This document shows, piece by piece, positions 14,401 through 29,400 of a stretch of 64,000 nt of DNA. The stretch's first letter is position 1. Each line of letters begins with the position of its first letter. Where the stretch lies: the NCBI GenBank assembly GCA_002633005.1, contig NMRA01000033.1:809357-873356 (forward strand), written 5' to 3'. The notes beneath the pieces are model-generated. The model was given only the letters and a program-made list of their open reading frames with translations. It was not told where the DNA came from and did not search any database. Source of the stretch: Phoronis australis (Eukaryota > Animalia > Phoronida). Position numbers and translations under genes: made by a program.

Positions 14401-17400
14401 CTCAGCATGTCACGAATTTCCGAGCCTGCCATGGCTGCCGTACGACACATTGAGTCGATGTCGTGATGGTCGACATCGGACTCCTTAGGCTTCGAGCCAC
14501 AGTCACCTACAGTTGACTTGTCGCCAGAGGGATCAGCTCCATCTGGGAGAAAAGTTAACAGTTTAAAGTATTACGAGAAAATAAGTCACTTAATTTATGC
14601 AGCGCCATGTTTTTGAGTCAACTCTGTAGAAACAAAAAACACTTTAATCTAGAATGCCGATTCTGATGAAAAATCAGACTTAGGATATCTAACGCTGCAG
14701 TGACATCTCCAATTCAAAAGGATTTGATATTAACATTGCAAACTATGGAAAGAGGCGAATAGTACATTTAAGGCTGCACTATGCCCTGTTTATTAGGCTA
14801 AAAAGCAAAAATTAAATAGGGCTTTTTATTCTCATATAACCAGTCCCGTAATATTCTTTTCCACGATAAAATTCTATTTCCGTTACCAACTCAAGTCACA
14901 GATTATGTGGACATGCACCATTCTCTAATTCACAATTGTAGGGTTGGTCAACACTAATGGGGTCTAAAGCCTTTTCTCTAGACACTGATGGTTTCAGTGT
15001 TGTTGTTGGCAATAGAAATAAAACCCTAAGGAATGAGACCAAAAATGGGGCAGGAGTAAAAGGCCTAATTCGATTTTTGTTTTTAGCCAGCTTAACAGGG
15101 TTAAAGGCGTCTAAACAAAACTGCATACTAGGATAACATTTCTTCATAGCAAACATTATGAAGCTCATGAAACATTCAAGATTGCAAGGAGCCTAAGTTT
15201 TAAGAAACGAGCAATATAACATTGCAGTCAACAGCCCTTAACAAAAGCGGCAGCAACATTGAAGTCATCTGAGGCACGCATGGCAGAAAAGATGAGAGAA
15301 CTCACCTTTCGCGTCACTTGCCGCTGTGGTCTCTTTCTTGTCCTCCTGCCCAGTATCAGGAGTGGGCTCTCCCGGTCGTGACGGCATGTTGGTGGATCCG
15401 GCCAGGTAGTAGCTAGGCGTACTGATAGGCCGCGGAGCAGGATACAGCTGGCCGCACGTGACGGGCGTGCCCGAACTCATATGCATCATGGTGCCTGGGG
15501 CCGGCAGCTTGGGGCCTTTACCTACAATGACCAACACATGTAAACACCTTAGTCGCTGGTATCAAGTGGTCAAACAACCCCATACATGATTGTGACGTGT
15601 GACAAGTCAACAGGATAAAAGAACAACACAGTTGGCTTATATAGTCTACAAGATGTATTACGTGACTCAGTGAAACATAACCTGCGTAAAATTAACTCAG
15701 AAAACTCATTTCAGTACATATCATCATACACTGACCACTGACCAAGTCATATGTTGACCAACATATTAGACTGACATTGATTTAAAGTCTTCCTATTTAA
15801 CCTTGTTTTACTTACTGAACTATGAGCCAGTAGCATACAGAATAACAAGATACGATAAAAAAGAAAAACTTTGAGATTTCAATAATTGAGAAATAAAAAA
15901 ATGAGGCCTTGTGCAAAACCGTTTCAATTTTGTTTTTAAGTGAGATGTAACATCAAAGTTAACAACATTGTCTCAAGTTGACAACACCATATAACAAAGC
16001 AGTATTGCCTCCACCTAAGAGTTAATAAAGAAGTACAGTACAGTACAAGCCAAAAGTATTCAGACAAAATGACCCGGAATTCCCCCATCATAACGGCTGT
16101 GAGAAAGCCAAATTTGTCGTCAGAGTAGTCTTCCCTCATGACAAAGAATGATGGAAAATCAACAGGAAAGATTAATAGCAAGGTGGACAAGCCATTACGT
16201 AATTAGAATTTTGCCACCATAATCATTATTAACGATAAGTTTTGCTGTTTTGCAGATCATGCTGTCATGGAATTTTGTCCAATTACTTTTGTTTTGTATT
16301 GTATAAGACCACATGCATGTCAACACAGAACATAGAAGTCTTAATGTCTATAAATGACAAGTTGTACAATCGTAATGAGGTTAAGAAAATAAATGACATG
16401 GGCTGAATACACAGAGCCTTTTTGATGAGTATCTACAACTACAAGGAAATGTTAAAAAACATCAATACTACTGAAATATTAGTTCCAACAGAAAAAGGAA
16501 ATTCCTAAGATCAATTTGCCATGCTTTGTTAATTTAAGAACATCCAGTCACCTCACAACAAAGTTTGGGAGATATTTTTTAGTTTGACCACAATAGAAAA
16601 TACGGTATAAGGAACACACAATTCACACGATTCATTTATGCCTTAAAAGTTATCATTGACAATCTAGAGACTAACATTAAATCTACACAATACGCGAAGC
16701 CAAAATAAGGATACCAACACCATTTTGGTGGGAATCAAGGCCAGAGAGGAATGTTCAATGATTTTGGTATTTGTAAATAATCATATATAATACGGAAAGA
16801 TAAGAGATACTTTTCCTTCAGTATAAGAGCTGAAATTGAATGACAGTGTTTGACCGTTTCATGAAGCATTCATGTAACAAAGCAACTTCTATTAAAAATC
16901 CGGTAAGACCGTTACACCATTACAATATTCAACTACGGCTCTTTTGTGGCCCAATACAGACGTGTGAGTGTAGTACAGTTCAAGAATACTTCAAATGGGT
17001 AGCACTAGATGGCGCTCAGACATCTGGAGCAAGCCAAGAGGCGGCCAACCACCAACCAAAGCACACTGCACATCAGATATCAGGAGCTGTCACCAGCCCA
17101 CCTCCAGACATCTGGGCCATCAGGAGCCATCACCAGCCCACCTCCAGACATCAGGGCCTTGCTCGCTTCACAAAATATCATTTTGTATACTAGTAGTAAC
17201 TCAGACTCTATCACGATTGTAAATATTAAACTTTAGGATGATCATAAAATACAACAGAACCAGTGACCATCAAACTTTGAGATTGGATTAAAAACAGGCC
17301 AGTCAAAGCAAGATGAAATCAGAAACTTTACTCAAACCATGCCACTAGACTACTCAATCTTCCAGTCAGATCTTAAGTAAAATTTCTTTGTCTGGGAAGG

Positions 17401-20400
17401 GGGGAGAGGTAAAAATACCAACTAACTAATAAATATAAAAAAGAAATGACATAAGACACGATTGTTGAAGGTTGAGTAGGACCTTATCAAACTGTCTGTG
17501 TATTTAGAATCCTACTGAGAGAAAGCATACACTTTCTGAAAGTAGAAAGCCTGAACAATTAGATTTTTGACTTTATACTGTACCAATCTGCCATTAACCG
17601 AGTCACATGACCATGTCTTTACATTAAATTTTAACAAAAAAGAAAAGTACATCGATTTCATAGCAAAAAACGGTACGAATAACCTGATCAAATTTTGTTA
17701 AGATATAAATATTCAAAATGAAATCTTCAAAATGCAGTTTCAGTTTTCCAATCGATCATTTTGTTTGTTCATAAAATTTTATATTTTTTCACAAAAATCC
17801 TCGAGGTCCTATTTTTTGATAACCTCCTCATGCAAATGATGAACGCTATGAAAACAATTCCTAACAGAATTTTGGAAACTGAAAATTTGACATGGATACA
17901 AAACATGTCATTTTGTGAGATATGAAGTTCGGTCCAAAGCTAACCAATTTTGGACACTTTTCAAGTGTCCTACATAAGCTTCAAGTCCTATTACGCAGAC
18001 CACGCCACTGAAATCAATCAATACGAATGCATGAATAACAGAACACCTACCAAAGAGTACAGTTTTAGCAAAATTGATCAATAAGAAAATTTAAGGCCTG
18101 AATGAACCGAGTTAATTGGTAATTTAAATTAGACTTTTCTGGAGCTTTGTGCATTTTTACACATTACAAGAATGATTAATGTGCTTTTCAGACAAACGGA
18201 AACTAACTGTCAACTTGAAGGTCCAAGATCACATTTTATGAAAGACTAGAAAGTTTTAAACTCAAGACTCAAGCAGGAAGATAGTAAGACTTCTGTTACA
18301 AGGGAACACACTTCTGGAGCATGCTTCATGAAAGGCTAAAACCTGAAATTATGTCTTATGCTCCCAAAATCATATTGAAATTATTAAAATATTCAACTGA
18401 ATACTACAAAGTCTCAGACAATATCCCTATAATTTTCCGGTAATTGTTAAGCTGCGACGCGACAACAACTTACAGAGCATCAGACAAAATGTGTGTCACA
18501 AGGTTTAAGAAGCTTTTCAAGAAACAACCCCTGGTTATAAAACCTCATTGTCAATGACAGGCTGATGTCAAACACTTCATGAAACAGCACCAAAATTAAG
18601 CCAGTCTGCGTCTAAGCAAGGCCACCAAGCTGACCAATCGCTTAGCTTGAAATTAAAAAGGTGACTATAAACATAATCGAGTGATTGGTCAGATTTCAAG
18701 CTATCTCTGTCAGAGTTTGGTAGCCCCTAGCCCAGGTCAAGGTAGCCAGAGTACATAAAAGGCCAACTAACGTCGCTACACAGGTCCCTACAGGCACCTT
18801 GAAACAAAGACAGTAGTATGTTAGTCAAGCGCACATAGCCACTACACTGTAACAACATCCAGCACACACCTATAAGTTCATTGAGACCCAGGTTAGTCAA
18901 GGCAGACTTGGCCTCACGCTCAGCCTCGATTTCCTTTTTGGTGCGGCGCTTGCGCTTCTTCTTGGACTTGTTGTCGCCTGCCTGGTCGTCAGTGCCACCT
19001 GGGAACCACCAACTGATGGTTTATAGATGCTCAACTTGCGGCCAATGGCTGGCCGCCAACTGGGTGAGGTTACGCAATAATGTTTTCAAAGAATTTATAA
19101 TAAAATGTTTGTTGTAGCCCATCCTACACTGCAATTATTTGTTGAACACAGCAGAGCAATGATCAGTGCTAACTATTGCATCTTTTTGAATTCAGCATAG
19201 ATTTGATTCAGCACAAATAATTCACAAACATAAAACAAAACAGATGTCTGCAAAATATATATAACTGCACAGTAAGACATTAAAGGAAACAAAAACAAAA
19301 CAAATGTGATAACTCTGTTCTGATAATAATTACATGAAACTGTTGGAGGTTGTTTTTTGACAGCAATCAACTCCAAAGTCTATAATAAATGAACTTAGTT
19401 AAGGAGAGGCATACCAGTTAACCAAGACATGCCTTGTTTGCAAGTCATACCTGGTTGTGGTGGAGGTGCTGCCCCCTGTTGTTGAGGTAGGCCAGGAACA
19501 CCGATGGGCCCGTGACCTGAAAATGGATAACTTAACATTGAAGAAAAAAATAATGCATATATGTAAGACATGACTTAGTAAGTCAGCACTGCAGCTGAGT
19601 AGCCAAGCATTCTATACATAAAAGCTCTCAATCTTAACTATAAACATTATTCCTATAGTCAAGTCACACAGACTCAGAAAGCCTACATGAGAATAATGTA
19701 TCAGTAAACGATAGTGAACACATGAGCAAGAGTGTTTCCAATTGAAACCTGTTTTGCATAATTCTAGGACTGGCCAAATCCTTTGACAGAATGATGTTAA
19801 TCTATTCCTGGTTTACCTCGTGAGCTCAATTTGTCAACTTGTGGGTAGAATGAACTGCTGAAGATGCGGCATGATATTCTTAAAACAACATCAAGTTTGC
19901 ATTTCTACTCCATGATATAGCCTTACCTTGTCCTTGCATGGCCATAGGTCTGTCTGGGAAAGGGGCCCCAGGGAACTGTTGGGCTGGACTCATTGGAGAG
20001 CCTGTTGGGAAGTCAACAGGACAGACTGTGATGACAACAGAACAACTCATGAATTATATACACAATGTTTTTGCTTGGAAATGTTTCAACTCTTTCTCCA
20101 AGATATAATGAATTGAGAATAATTTTGACACAAAGCAAAGCTAGCAGCAGCGCCACCGGTCATGCCCTCTCGAAATTTGGAATAATTATGTTTTTGTGGG
20201 GATGTATAAGCTACCTACACTCCTTCCACTGACCCAGGTCCCATTTAATTTACACCGTCACTCTCAAAATTACCCAAACTTTAATGACATAGTTGCATCT
20301 CCAACCGTACCTTCCCCTGTGGTAGCCTGCATCTGCAGCGCCCTCTGGTGGTCCACCTGCTGCTGCATCTGTAGCCTCAGTCGTTCCTGCTGTTCTCGCT

Positions 20401-23400
20401 GCTCGCGGACCTTCTCCAACTTCTCGCGCTCTTGATAGGACTCACTGAACGGGTTGTTCTCATCCTACGACGAATTCACCGTCACCGTACATTAACATGG
20501 TCGTAAAATCTATTATACACCAACCTCTACCTTATTGGCATTGGCAAGACGTTTCAGTCAGACACTTCTATGCCATCTTCAGGTGTCACAGTGCTCTTAG
20601 GAGAGCAATAGATAGCAATAGGAGACAATAACAGGGTTTTGTAAACTTTTTTTGAAAATGAACACAAGCACCCATGGTATGGTTGTGATAAAAGAAAGTG
20701 TACACCCAGTCTATCTCATCTAAAGACTCATAAAGTAAAACCATGGTTAGGTCAACACATTAGCAGGTCAGCCTCGCAATAGTAGTGGTTTATACATATT
20801 AGTTGGTCTGAAGTAGTAAATGTTTACAGAGTCTAGTGACTGGATTTAGAGGTCCAACTTGAGTACAATAAAGTTTCCTTAAATTCGAACAAAAAGAATG
20901 ACCAAAATTGTGATTTTTACCACTTTTCAAATGCGCAGTGTATAGCCAAAGATGTTAAAAATTTCATCGCGTGTTTGTTGATGACAGCAGAACTAAGTTT
21001 TCAACGAACGAAGTTGATGTTTACTCATATAAAATTTCATTGTTCCACAATATAGCGTTCTCATTTGAAGAAACTTAACTATATTTACAAGTTGGTATAG
21101 TAAACTATATCCCTGCACTCTATTCCACTGAGCCTAGCCTTACTCACCGTGTGTACAACAGGTGTCCTCGGTCCCTCGCCCACACCGATCATACGCAGTC
21201 TGTTCTGCATGTATTGTTCATACTCCTGCCTGGCACTGGCAGGCATTCGGGCAGTGTTGGGGGCTCCAGGCATGCGGGGCACCGGAGGGGAGATCATAGG
21301 AGACTGAGGGGGGCCGGGCTTCAGGGGGGCCGGCGCAGGCCAGTTACTTCCGTACTTCTCCTAGAATGCATTAACCAATGTGACAGCATCACTTCAATAC
21401 TGCGTAAGTGCCTCCCATACTACGTGGTATGTGACTGTGCAATCCAAGAACAATATAATGCAAAACACACAAATTATTATATTTTACTATAAACATTATA
21501 TAAAACTCATTTCTTGAGTAGTCTCCAAAATCTTATGAATGGGAAATTTTTAAGGCAATAACTTGTAACAACTTATGTCATATCTTGTAAACAGTTTCTG
21601 AATTATTGAATAAACATCATGTATGAGCATGATAGCAAACTGACAGCAAACTGGGAAATGAGGACATAACCACGTGCAAACTCTTTTGTGCAGTCCATGG
21701 TAAGTTCCTCAACTCAGACAGGCAAAAGCACGATTGCAATAAATTAAGGGCGATTACACGATATTTGTCCGCTCCATTACGCACTACAACAGTCCACAAT
21801 TCCCAAAATGTAAACTCGGCCAAAACGGGAAATTTATGGTATTTTTCAGCATATCACCAGATGCTCAAAAATACAGTGAAGCCAACTATAAGATGCAACT
21901 AACTGCCATGTACCAGCATTAATATTTAGTGGTAATGGAGTGGACAGAGTGGAACCATCTACGAAAGAAACCCCGTTTTTGGCTCACAGAGCAAGAAAAT
22001 GGGTCAAGCTCTGTGCTCTCACTACCCTTAAAGAGGTCTATGTCAGATGTAGGCATTACGAACCTAACTTATAAGGACAATAAACCCGAGCCTTTTCAAA
22101 AGCCAACTTCTGATTCAGGCCACTTTTAACCAATAAAATCCATCCCATACTCTTCCTTACTCAGAATGGACAAATTTTCTGGTCTTGAGAAGAGCTGACA
22201 GTTCAGTATTGCTGCAATTAATGTCTAACCTGCTGTTTAGTTCTGTACTCTTGGAACAACTGCTGATGTTGCTTCTGCTGCTTGCGAATCAGCTCCAGTT
22301 GTTTCTGTACAGCACTCTGCTCCTGACTGGCTCTCTCTAGTTCCATTAACTCCTGTTGGGACAACTCTTGGTTCTGTTTGCGCAGCTGCATTAAACAAGA
22401 CACGTCACAGACACAGTCCACCATATTACAAGTACTCAGTCATTGTGACAGAACATTACGGGTCAATTTGTCGCATTATATTCCTTGCACAGAACAACCA
22501 CTGCTGCATTCTTGGAGGAATCAAGTTTTTACAATGCTATAATCTGATGGTCAGTAATCATTAATCAACTTGGGGAAAATAATTGCTAAAATTGGCACAC
22601 TTGACAGAACTACTGCACTGATGCAAATGTTCCAAATTTTACTAAAAACTTCATCTTGGTATTTTCAACTTGCCTTTAGGCAAGATCACAAAAGCAGAGA
22701 CTCAGAACTTCAGTCATGCGCTCAAGATCTCTAACACAAATTCAACAGGCGTATCTGGCATTATTCTACCTGCTTCTGTCTGCCATTCAACACCTTCTTT
22801 GTTTTCTTGTGCTGCGCCAGCTGTTTCTCAATGCTACGTATCTGCATAGACAGCATGTTGGCATGCTGCATCAGCCATTCTTCGTACTTCATCTGCTGTT
22901 GTCGTTCAGCATCAGTCAGGCCATCTGCAACAACACCAACCATAATCACGGTAATCATCGACACTATTATTGTGATTCTCTTCATCACCATCACTATTGT
23001 GAACCCAGGGCTTTCCACAAACTTCAGACTCAAAACTGTACAGGTTACTGATTCACATAAATGTCTGCAGGTGGTGTGTGCAACAGAGGAAATATTGTTC
23101 AACAACAATAACAGGACTTAATAATTACATAATGAACAATAACTTGCAGTGCTTTATTGCCTACAAAATGCATGTTTGTGCACAATAAGGCTGGGCAGCA
23201 TACAACAATAATTACTACCTTCAAACTAGAACTAATCAAGTTTTGTTGGCACTGAATCTAGCTGCAGTTGGAATAGGTGAACTCCACTCGGTCCACACCA
23301 TAATTGTGTGAAACAAATTGTGATAACTTCAGGTATATAAAAGCTCAAAACCGAATTCCAAATGGAGCAGCATGTGTTTTAATTCTCACCGTGAGCACTG

Positions 23401-26400
23401 CTGGGAGGTGTTGGTATGAATGGTGGCTGTCCCAGTGGTGACCGTAGTCCTGGACTGTGGGGTGGGGGTACATGGGGACTGAGAGGTCCGGTGAACGGGG
23501 GCTGACCAGGGTGCCTGCCTGGATAAGGTGGGGGAAAGCCGTGTGGTGACATCTGTTCTCTCGGAGGAAAGTGATGACGTGGCCACCCTTCATGGCCTGG
23601 CATTCTGCAATGGCAAAAGTAAGAGTTGAGATCAATTAAATCTGCTTCTACATAAGAAACCAGTACATTTACCACTGAGGCATACAGCAATGTATTTGTT
23701 GTCTTGACTAATTTTCACATTTTAGTAAGTCACAAGAGACCCACATTTTTAGAACCTCTTTTTCCACTCAATAGAGGGCATCAAACTGGCACTCAAATTG
23801 GTGGTGTAACCTTTGTTTTAGTTTTATGAAAAATAAATACTATGGACTAGTATTAAAATGTCTTATTCATGATGTACCAACCACTCAAGTGTCTCCTTTA
23901 CTTTGATGGCATGAAGTTTAAAGTGAGCTCAATTACCAGAGACTACAAATTATTCTCTCAATTTAGCCACTATTTAATTCTTCTCAGATGCTGAAGTCAA
24001 AGCCAAATTGGCTCTTTAGTGCTTTTGACTTTCTTGGTCACTTATTGTTTTGAACTTCATCAAGAATTTTTGTAAGGTTGTTTTTTTCCTCTCACAAAAC
24101 ATGCAATTATTCTTTGTAATAATGAACTATATCATATGAATTGCGAATCAGTGCCACCTGAGGACATTCGCGGCCATCTTCATGCGAGACTGGCATGACA
24201 CACATTTGGTCATGTAGAAGACTGTAACAAATCTTCTGTGGATGTCATTGATTTTACTTCAAAGTTAGCAAAAAATTGTGAAACATAATGTGCATAAACA
24301 TGTAGACAATGTACTGAGCTGAACACAGGCTGGAGAGAAATCATCTCAACTTGCCAAATTGAAAGGTCTTACGTGGATTTTGATAGCCACTAAACCTTCG
24401 TGTTACAAATGAAAAACTTTCCAGCAGTCTTATCAAAGCAAACACAATAAATGAACAGACGTGAGTCCCCTTTGGATCAGACTGACGCAAAACTTACTGT
24501 GTACAATAAGTTTGCTGTTCAGCCAGCAATTCACATCACCTGACAAACATACGAGAAATTTTAACGATTTGAATTGTGTGATTGTTAAAGCTGTCATCTC
24601 CTTCACATGCCTGTTTGTTCTTTGAAAGCAATGGATGTCACCACAACCTCATTCTTTATCTAAATTGAAACTTGTATAGTTCGGTAGTATTCCTTCGTTT
24701 ACACAAACTTCGTTAAAGACACGACTAGACTTCTGCACACCAGAAGAAAGGAGACTGTTCCGAAATTACGAACGTACCAGTATCAAGCTCGCCATCAAAA
24801 AGTCTAGTCGTGTCTTTAATGAAGTTTGTGTAAATTGAAATTTGAGAATGTCAGCAATTTCTCTGATTGCGGCAGCAAAAACTAATCTGCCCTGACACGC
24901 AACTGAACTGAGCCTGGTCTGAAACGATAACAAACTGCCAGATGCATTCTTAGCAAACCAAAAAATCATTTCTAATTCAAGTCAGACACAAAATTAGCCA
25001 AGATCGATTTTATGACGGATGGTAAGTCGCCAACATCTAAATTTGCTTATTTTATAGAAGGTGCACCATTAATACACATCTTCCCAACAAAATGGCAGCT
25101 ACAACAGCTGAGAAGACAGCCTACCTGGGCCTGGGTGGGCGGGCATCTTCCTTTCTCATTATGACCTGTTGATGGGCCTGCCTTTGTTGCTCTATCTTCT
25201 CCTGGTACAATGACAACGTTGGGATACAACAAATTAAACACGAATGCAGACAGAAACAAAAGTGACATAGACAAAAACTACTGACTAAAAATGAATGTTG
25301 GCAAAAACAAAAAAGTACCAAAAATGAACACTATAAAACTCAGTGCACTGGACATATGACACCACCTGTTTACTGATTGTATTGGAAGTCCAAGTTGACA
25401 TAGTTGTTTTCACAAAACTAAGACTTGTCAGCACATCTAATTTCAGTCCTTAAAATGTTTAATACTTATATTTTTTACACAAATGGTAATGTCCAAGTTG
25501 AGGATCTCTCAACATTATCGAAAGATCAAAATCACAACAAATGCTTCTCAAAATGCACAGGTGAGCATGACAACAGCTTACCTGCTCCAATAAGTCTTGT
25601 ATCAATAGGGGCTGTTCACTTAGTAACATGCCGTTACCCTTCTGTGGACCAGGTGATGGTTGACCACTGGGTATCATGGCAGGACGCGGGTGATCGCCTG
25701 CCTGCCATGGTGACAGAGGTCCACGTGGTGTCATGCTCCTCGGGGGCATCATAGGATGGCGGAGACCCTCAGGGCCTGTAGGGCCGATCGGCCTGGAGTA
25801 CACGGGACGGTGTGCAGCTCCTCGGGGACCTGCCATCAATGCATCATTCGCACCATGAGGACTTGGCCCAGTGGGTACAGGGGATTGGGCCGGCATGGGG
25901 TGTGGTCCTGGCATAGGACCACCCATCATCCTGAGAGGGGGTGCATGTGGAGGTCGACCCAAGATGTGTGGTGGCCCGGGCATTCTCTGCGCCATACTGA
26001 ATGGAACATTAGCCATACTGTATGGTGGTCTTACCATTGCCATACTGTGTGGGGGTCCTTCCATGGTGAACGGTGGTCCAGCCCTGCTGTGAGGAGGTCC
26101 AGCAATCGAGTGAGGTGGTCCAGGCATACTGTGAGGGGGTCCAGGCATACTGTGAGGGGGTCCAGGCATACTGTGAGGTGGTCCAGGCATACTGTGAGGT
26201 GGTCCAGCTATACTATGAGGTGGTCCAGCCATAGCATGAGGTGGCATGGTTCGTGGAGGACCAACCAGATGAGTGGCTCCAGCCATACTGAGTTGTGGGC
26301 CGGGGAATCTGTGAAGAGCACCAGCCATGCTGTGTGGTACTCCAGGCATACTATGTGGTGGTGCGGCCATGGGACCAGCCATGCTGTGAGGGGGAGCCAC

Positions 26401-29400
26401 CAGTCTAACTGGATTCATGCCAGGAGACGGCGACTGTACAGGTGGTGTTCTAGCCAGTGGACTTTGTGGCGGGTGGCCAGAATAGTGCACGCTGGTCTGC
26501 GGTGAGCCCATCATTGGCTGAGAGCCGGGCCTGTCTGGGAGTGAGCTGGCAGAGGGACGACCCATCTGAGGAGAGCTGCGTGGGATGGCACTGGTGCCAG
26601 TGCTGGCTGTGGTCGTGGTAGTGGGCGATTGACTGGATGAGTGCGGACTGGACACTTTAGAGAAGGGCGACTGGACAGAGGCAACTCTGGGTGAGCCTTG
26701 TGGTGTGACATGAGGTGATGTGACCCCGGTAACACGTGGCGAAGCGACTGGGCTCACCTGATGTGACCCAGGCTGTGACAAACGTGGTGACTGTGTGGAA
26801 GGTCTTGAGATGGTGGCCTGCGGAACATTCACACTATCTGAAGACACTGTTGTTGTCATCACAGGTGATGAGGCAACCTCTAACTGCCTATGACTTTGAC
26901 CACCGATGAGCCCAGTGGTGGGGTCAACAAGCATCTCTTCGTCATTCTCTTCGGGCTTCTTCTGACACACATCTTGATCGCCGGCAGTATTACCATCACC
27001 ACCTCTCTCTTCTCCAGCCGATTCAGTCGTTGGGGCATCGCTGGCCTTCTCCTCACTGCTCTGAGTCCCTACTGCTGCCTTCTCGCCCCCCTTCTCTGTC
27101 CCTGTGTCCCCGCTCTGGTCCTCATCTTTTATACCCAAGTGCTCATCAAACATACTCTTGTCATGAGCTTCGGCCAACGTCTTATCCAACTCTGGGTCAG
27201 CAAACTCCTCCAGAAGGTTGAATGTGCCATCAGCCCCCAACAGGTCATCCAAGGACTCCTCAATCTTCTCTTGTTTCTCTCCTTTCACTCCTTCAGCTGA
27301 CTGTACAGCAGCGCCCTCTTCAGCGCCTGGTAGACCTACACAGACACGACACACAACATATTAACTCAATCTTCAGAGCAGATACGTTTAGGTGAGAAAG
27401 CATGGCAAAGAAAACATTCAATGAATCTCCGCTTACTACCTTGCTAAATCATATTCATCGTTGGGGTCAGCTGCATATCTTAGAAAGTTAATAAAATGGC
27501 TAGAACTTAAGAATTAAACTTAATCGAGCATGGCCATCATTATAGTTGGTCTGGATACAAAACAGGGCATATCCAAGCTGGCTTATTCACTAAAGACACT
27601 AGATTCTATACCTAAGTATGGGGTTGATTTAGTATTAGGTGGAGATACAGCAACAGCTTATGTATTTATTCTATACCTAAGTTTGGAGTAGATTTAGTGT
27701 TTGGTTGAGATACAGCAACATAGGTAGGCAACATGGGACGTGGGTCTCTCAAACGATCTCGGAACATCTGAAGATACGGTGATCTCTGGCGTTCAGCAGG
27801 CGTCATCTAAACACAGAACCAAAATTCTATTAATTAAGCAACCAACTTTCAAAGTTAATCATGAGAGTCCCTTCCCAATCAAATTCCACCCAATTTCCTA
27901 ATCATCTCTACTTAGTACACCCAATGATTTCATGCCAAATATTCGTATATTAACCCAATGAACGATTTTGATTAAAGTTCTTTATATTGTGTCACAAAAT
28001 ACCAAATAAAACTAAACGACAGCAATTTCTAACAGTTAAGGATGACAAATGAAAACACTAAGTCTCTATCACAACAAAACTCTCAGAATGTCTGAAGCCA
28101 TCTTAACATTTGATGAAACCACAGTGACTATGGGTGGATGAAAACAGGCAACTTTGGTCAAAACATGTCTCAAATATGATGCAGTCTACAGGTTTGTTCT
28201 TAGACTAATGATTGTACAATGCTTAGTTGGTTCCCACTTGGTTTTGGTCCACCATTCAGCATCATGCCAAGAACTAACTTGGTGCAGCAAGACCCTTAGC
28301 AAACATTTATTCAACAATGGGGTCTGTAATTTCACCTATGCACAATACATTTACGAGCCCCAAACTGTGGATACCTTTACTAAACCAAGGTTTGAAGTGC
28401 ACACTAATAGACACCATCACAGTGCCCACTTACCTGATTCAGCCCCACAGTGTCCCCAGGTATCCGAGGCATCAGGGCCCCATGTCCACCAGGCATTCTA
28501 GGGCCAAGTGGGCGCAGAGGTGGACCCATGGCCATCCTGGCACCAGGCCAGCCTTCAACAGGCACTGAGCCATCACCTGCAATGCAACAATTAATACCTG
28601 TCATCTCAAATTGACAAACTCAGAATATATTAAAAACAAGTTATATCCAATCGACATTACAGTCACAAAACATAAATCAATAGGAAAGTTTGCAGAATAT
28701 TTACTCAGGAATTAAAGTAAAGGCATCGGCATTAACCATTAATTAATTCAAACAAGAGCTAACAAGAAAACAAGACTCTACTGTGGGAAAAGTCAAATGT
28801 GCACGTGTCTAGCTGGCGGAGTTGATTCTGCATGAGCAAGAGTAGTGACAAGTGGAAGAAACAGACTAGAACAGTGTATGGGTCACAAATAGTATAACAC
28901 GCGTAATGACTCAACTTCTACGGTGAGGCGAGCAGCGTTGTCACAGTATTGGTGTGGCAAACGTGTCCAATTTTAACTCGCTCATGTTCATAACCACAAA
29001 ACATTATACGAAACACAGACATCTGATAAGTGTATATCAGCAAATTTTGCAGCATCGTACCTTGGCTGGGGTAACCAGCTGGTGGACTCTCCGTTGGTGG
29101 CCAAGACTGATGGTCTTGTTGTTCCATTTCCTGTTTTTTCTTGTTCTGTTGACGTTTCTTGGAGTGATTGGCAAGCAGCTGGCGAAGCTGTACCCGATCT
29201 GGACGCTGGCCGTCACCATCAGCACCAAAGTACTACAATGGAGTAAGTCACAAAATACAGCTGAATTAAACTTCTCATGTAGTGACTGAACAAAGCAGAA
29301 TTGTAAAATGGACAAGGCTAAACACAGTGTGAAAATAGTGTGGAAGTCTGGCAACCTTGTGCCGGTTGATATCTGGTGTTGAAGACTGAACACTTCCCAT

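Noticed and set aside
25756-27300. Plus-strand ORFs of 249 and 136 aa
   Set aside because: Antisense shadows of the GC-rich KMT2C/D exon 32.
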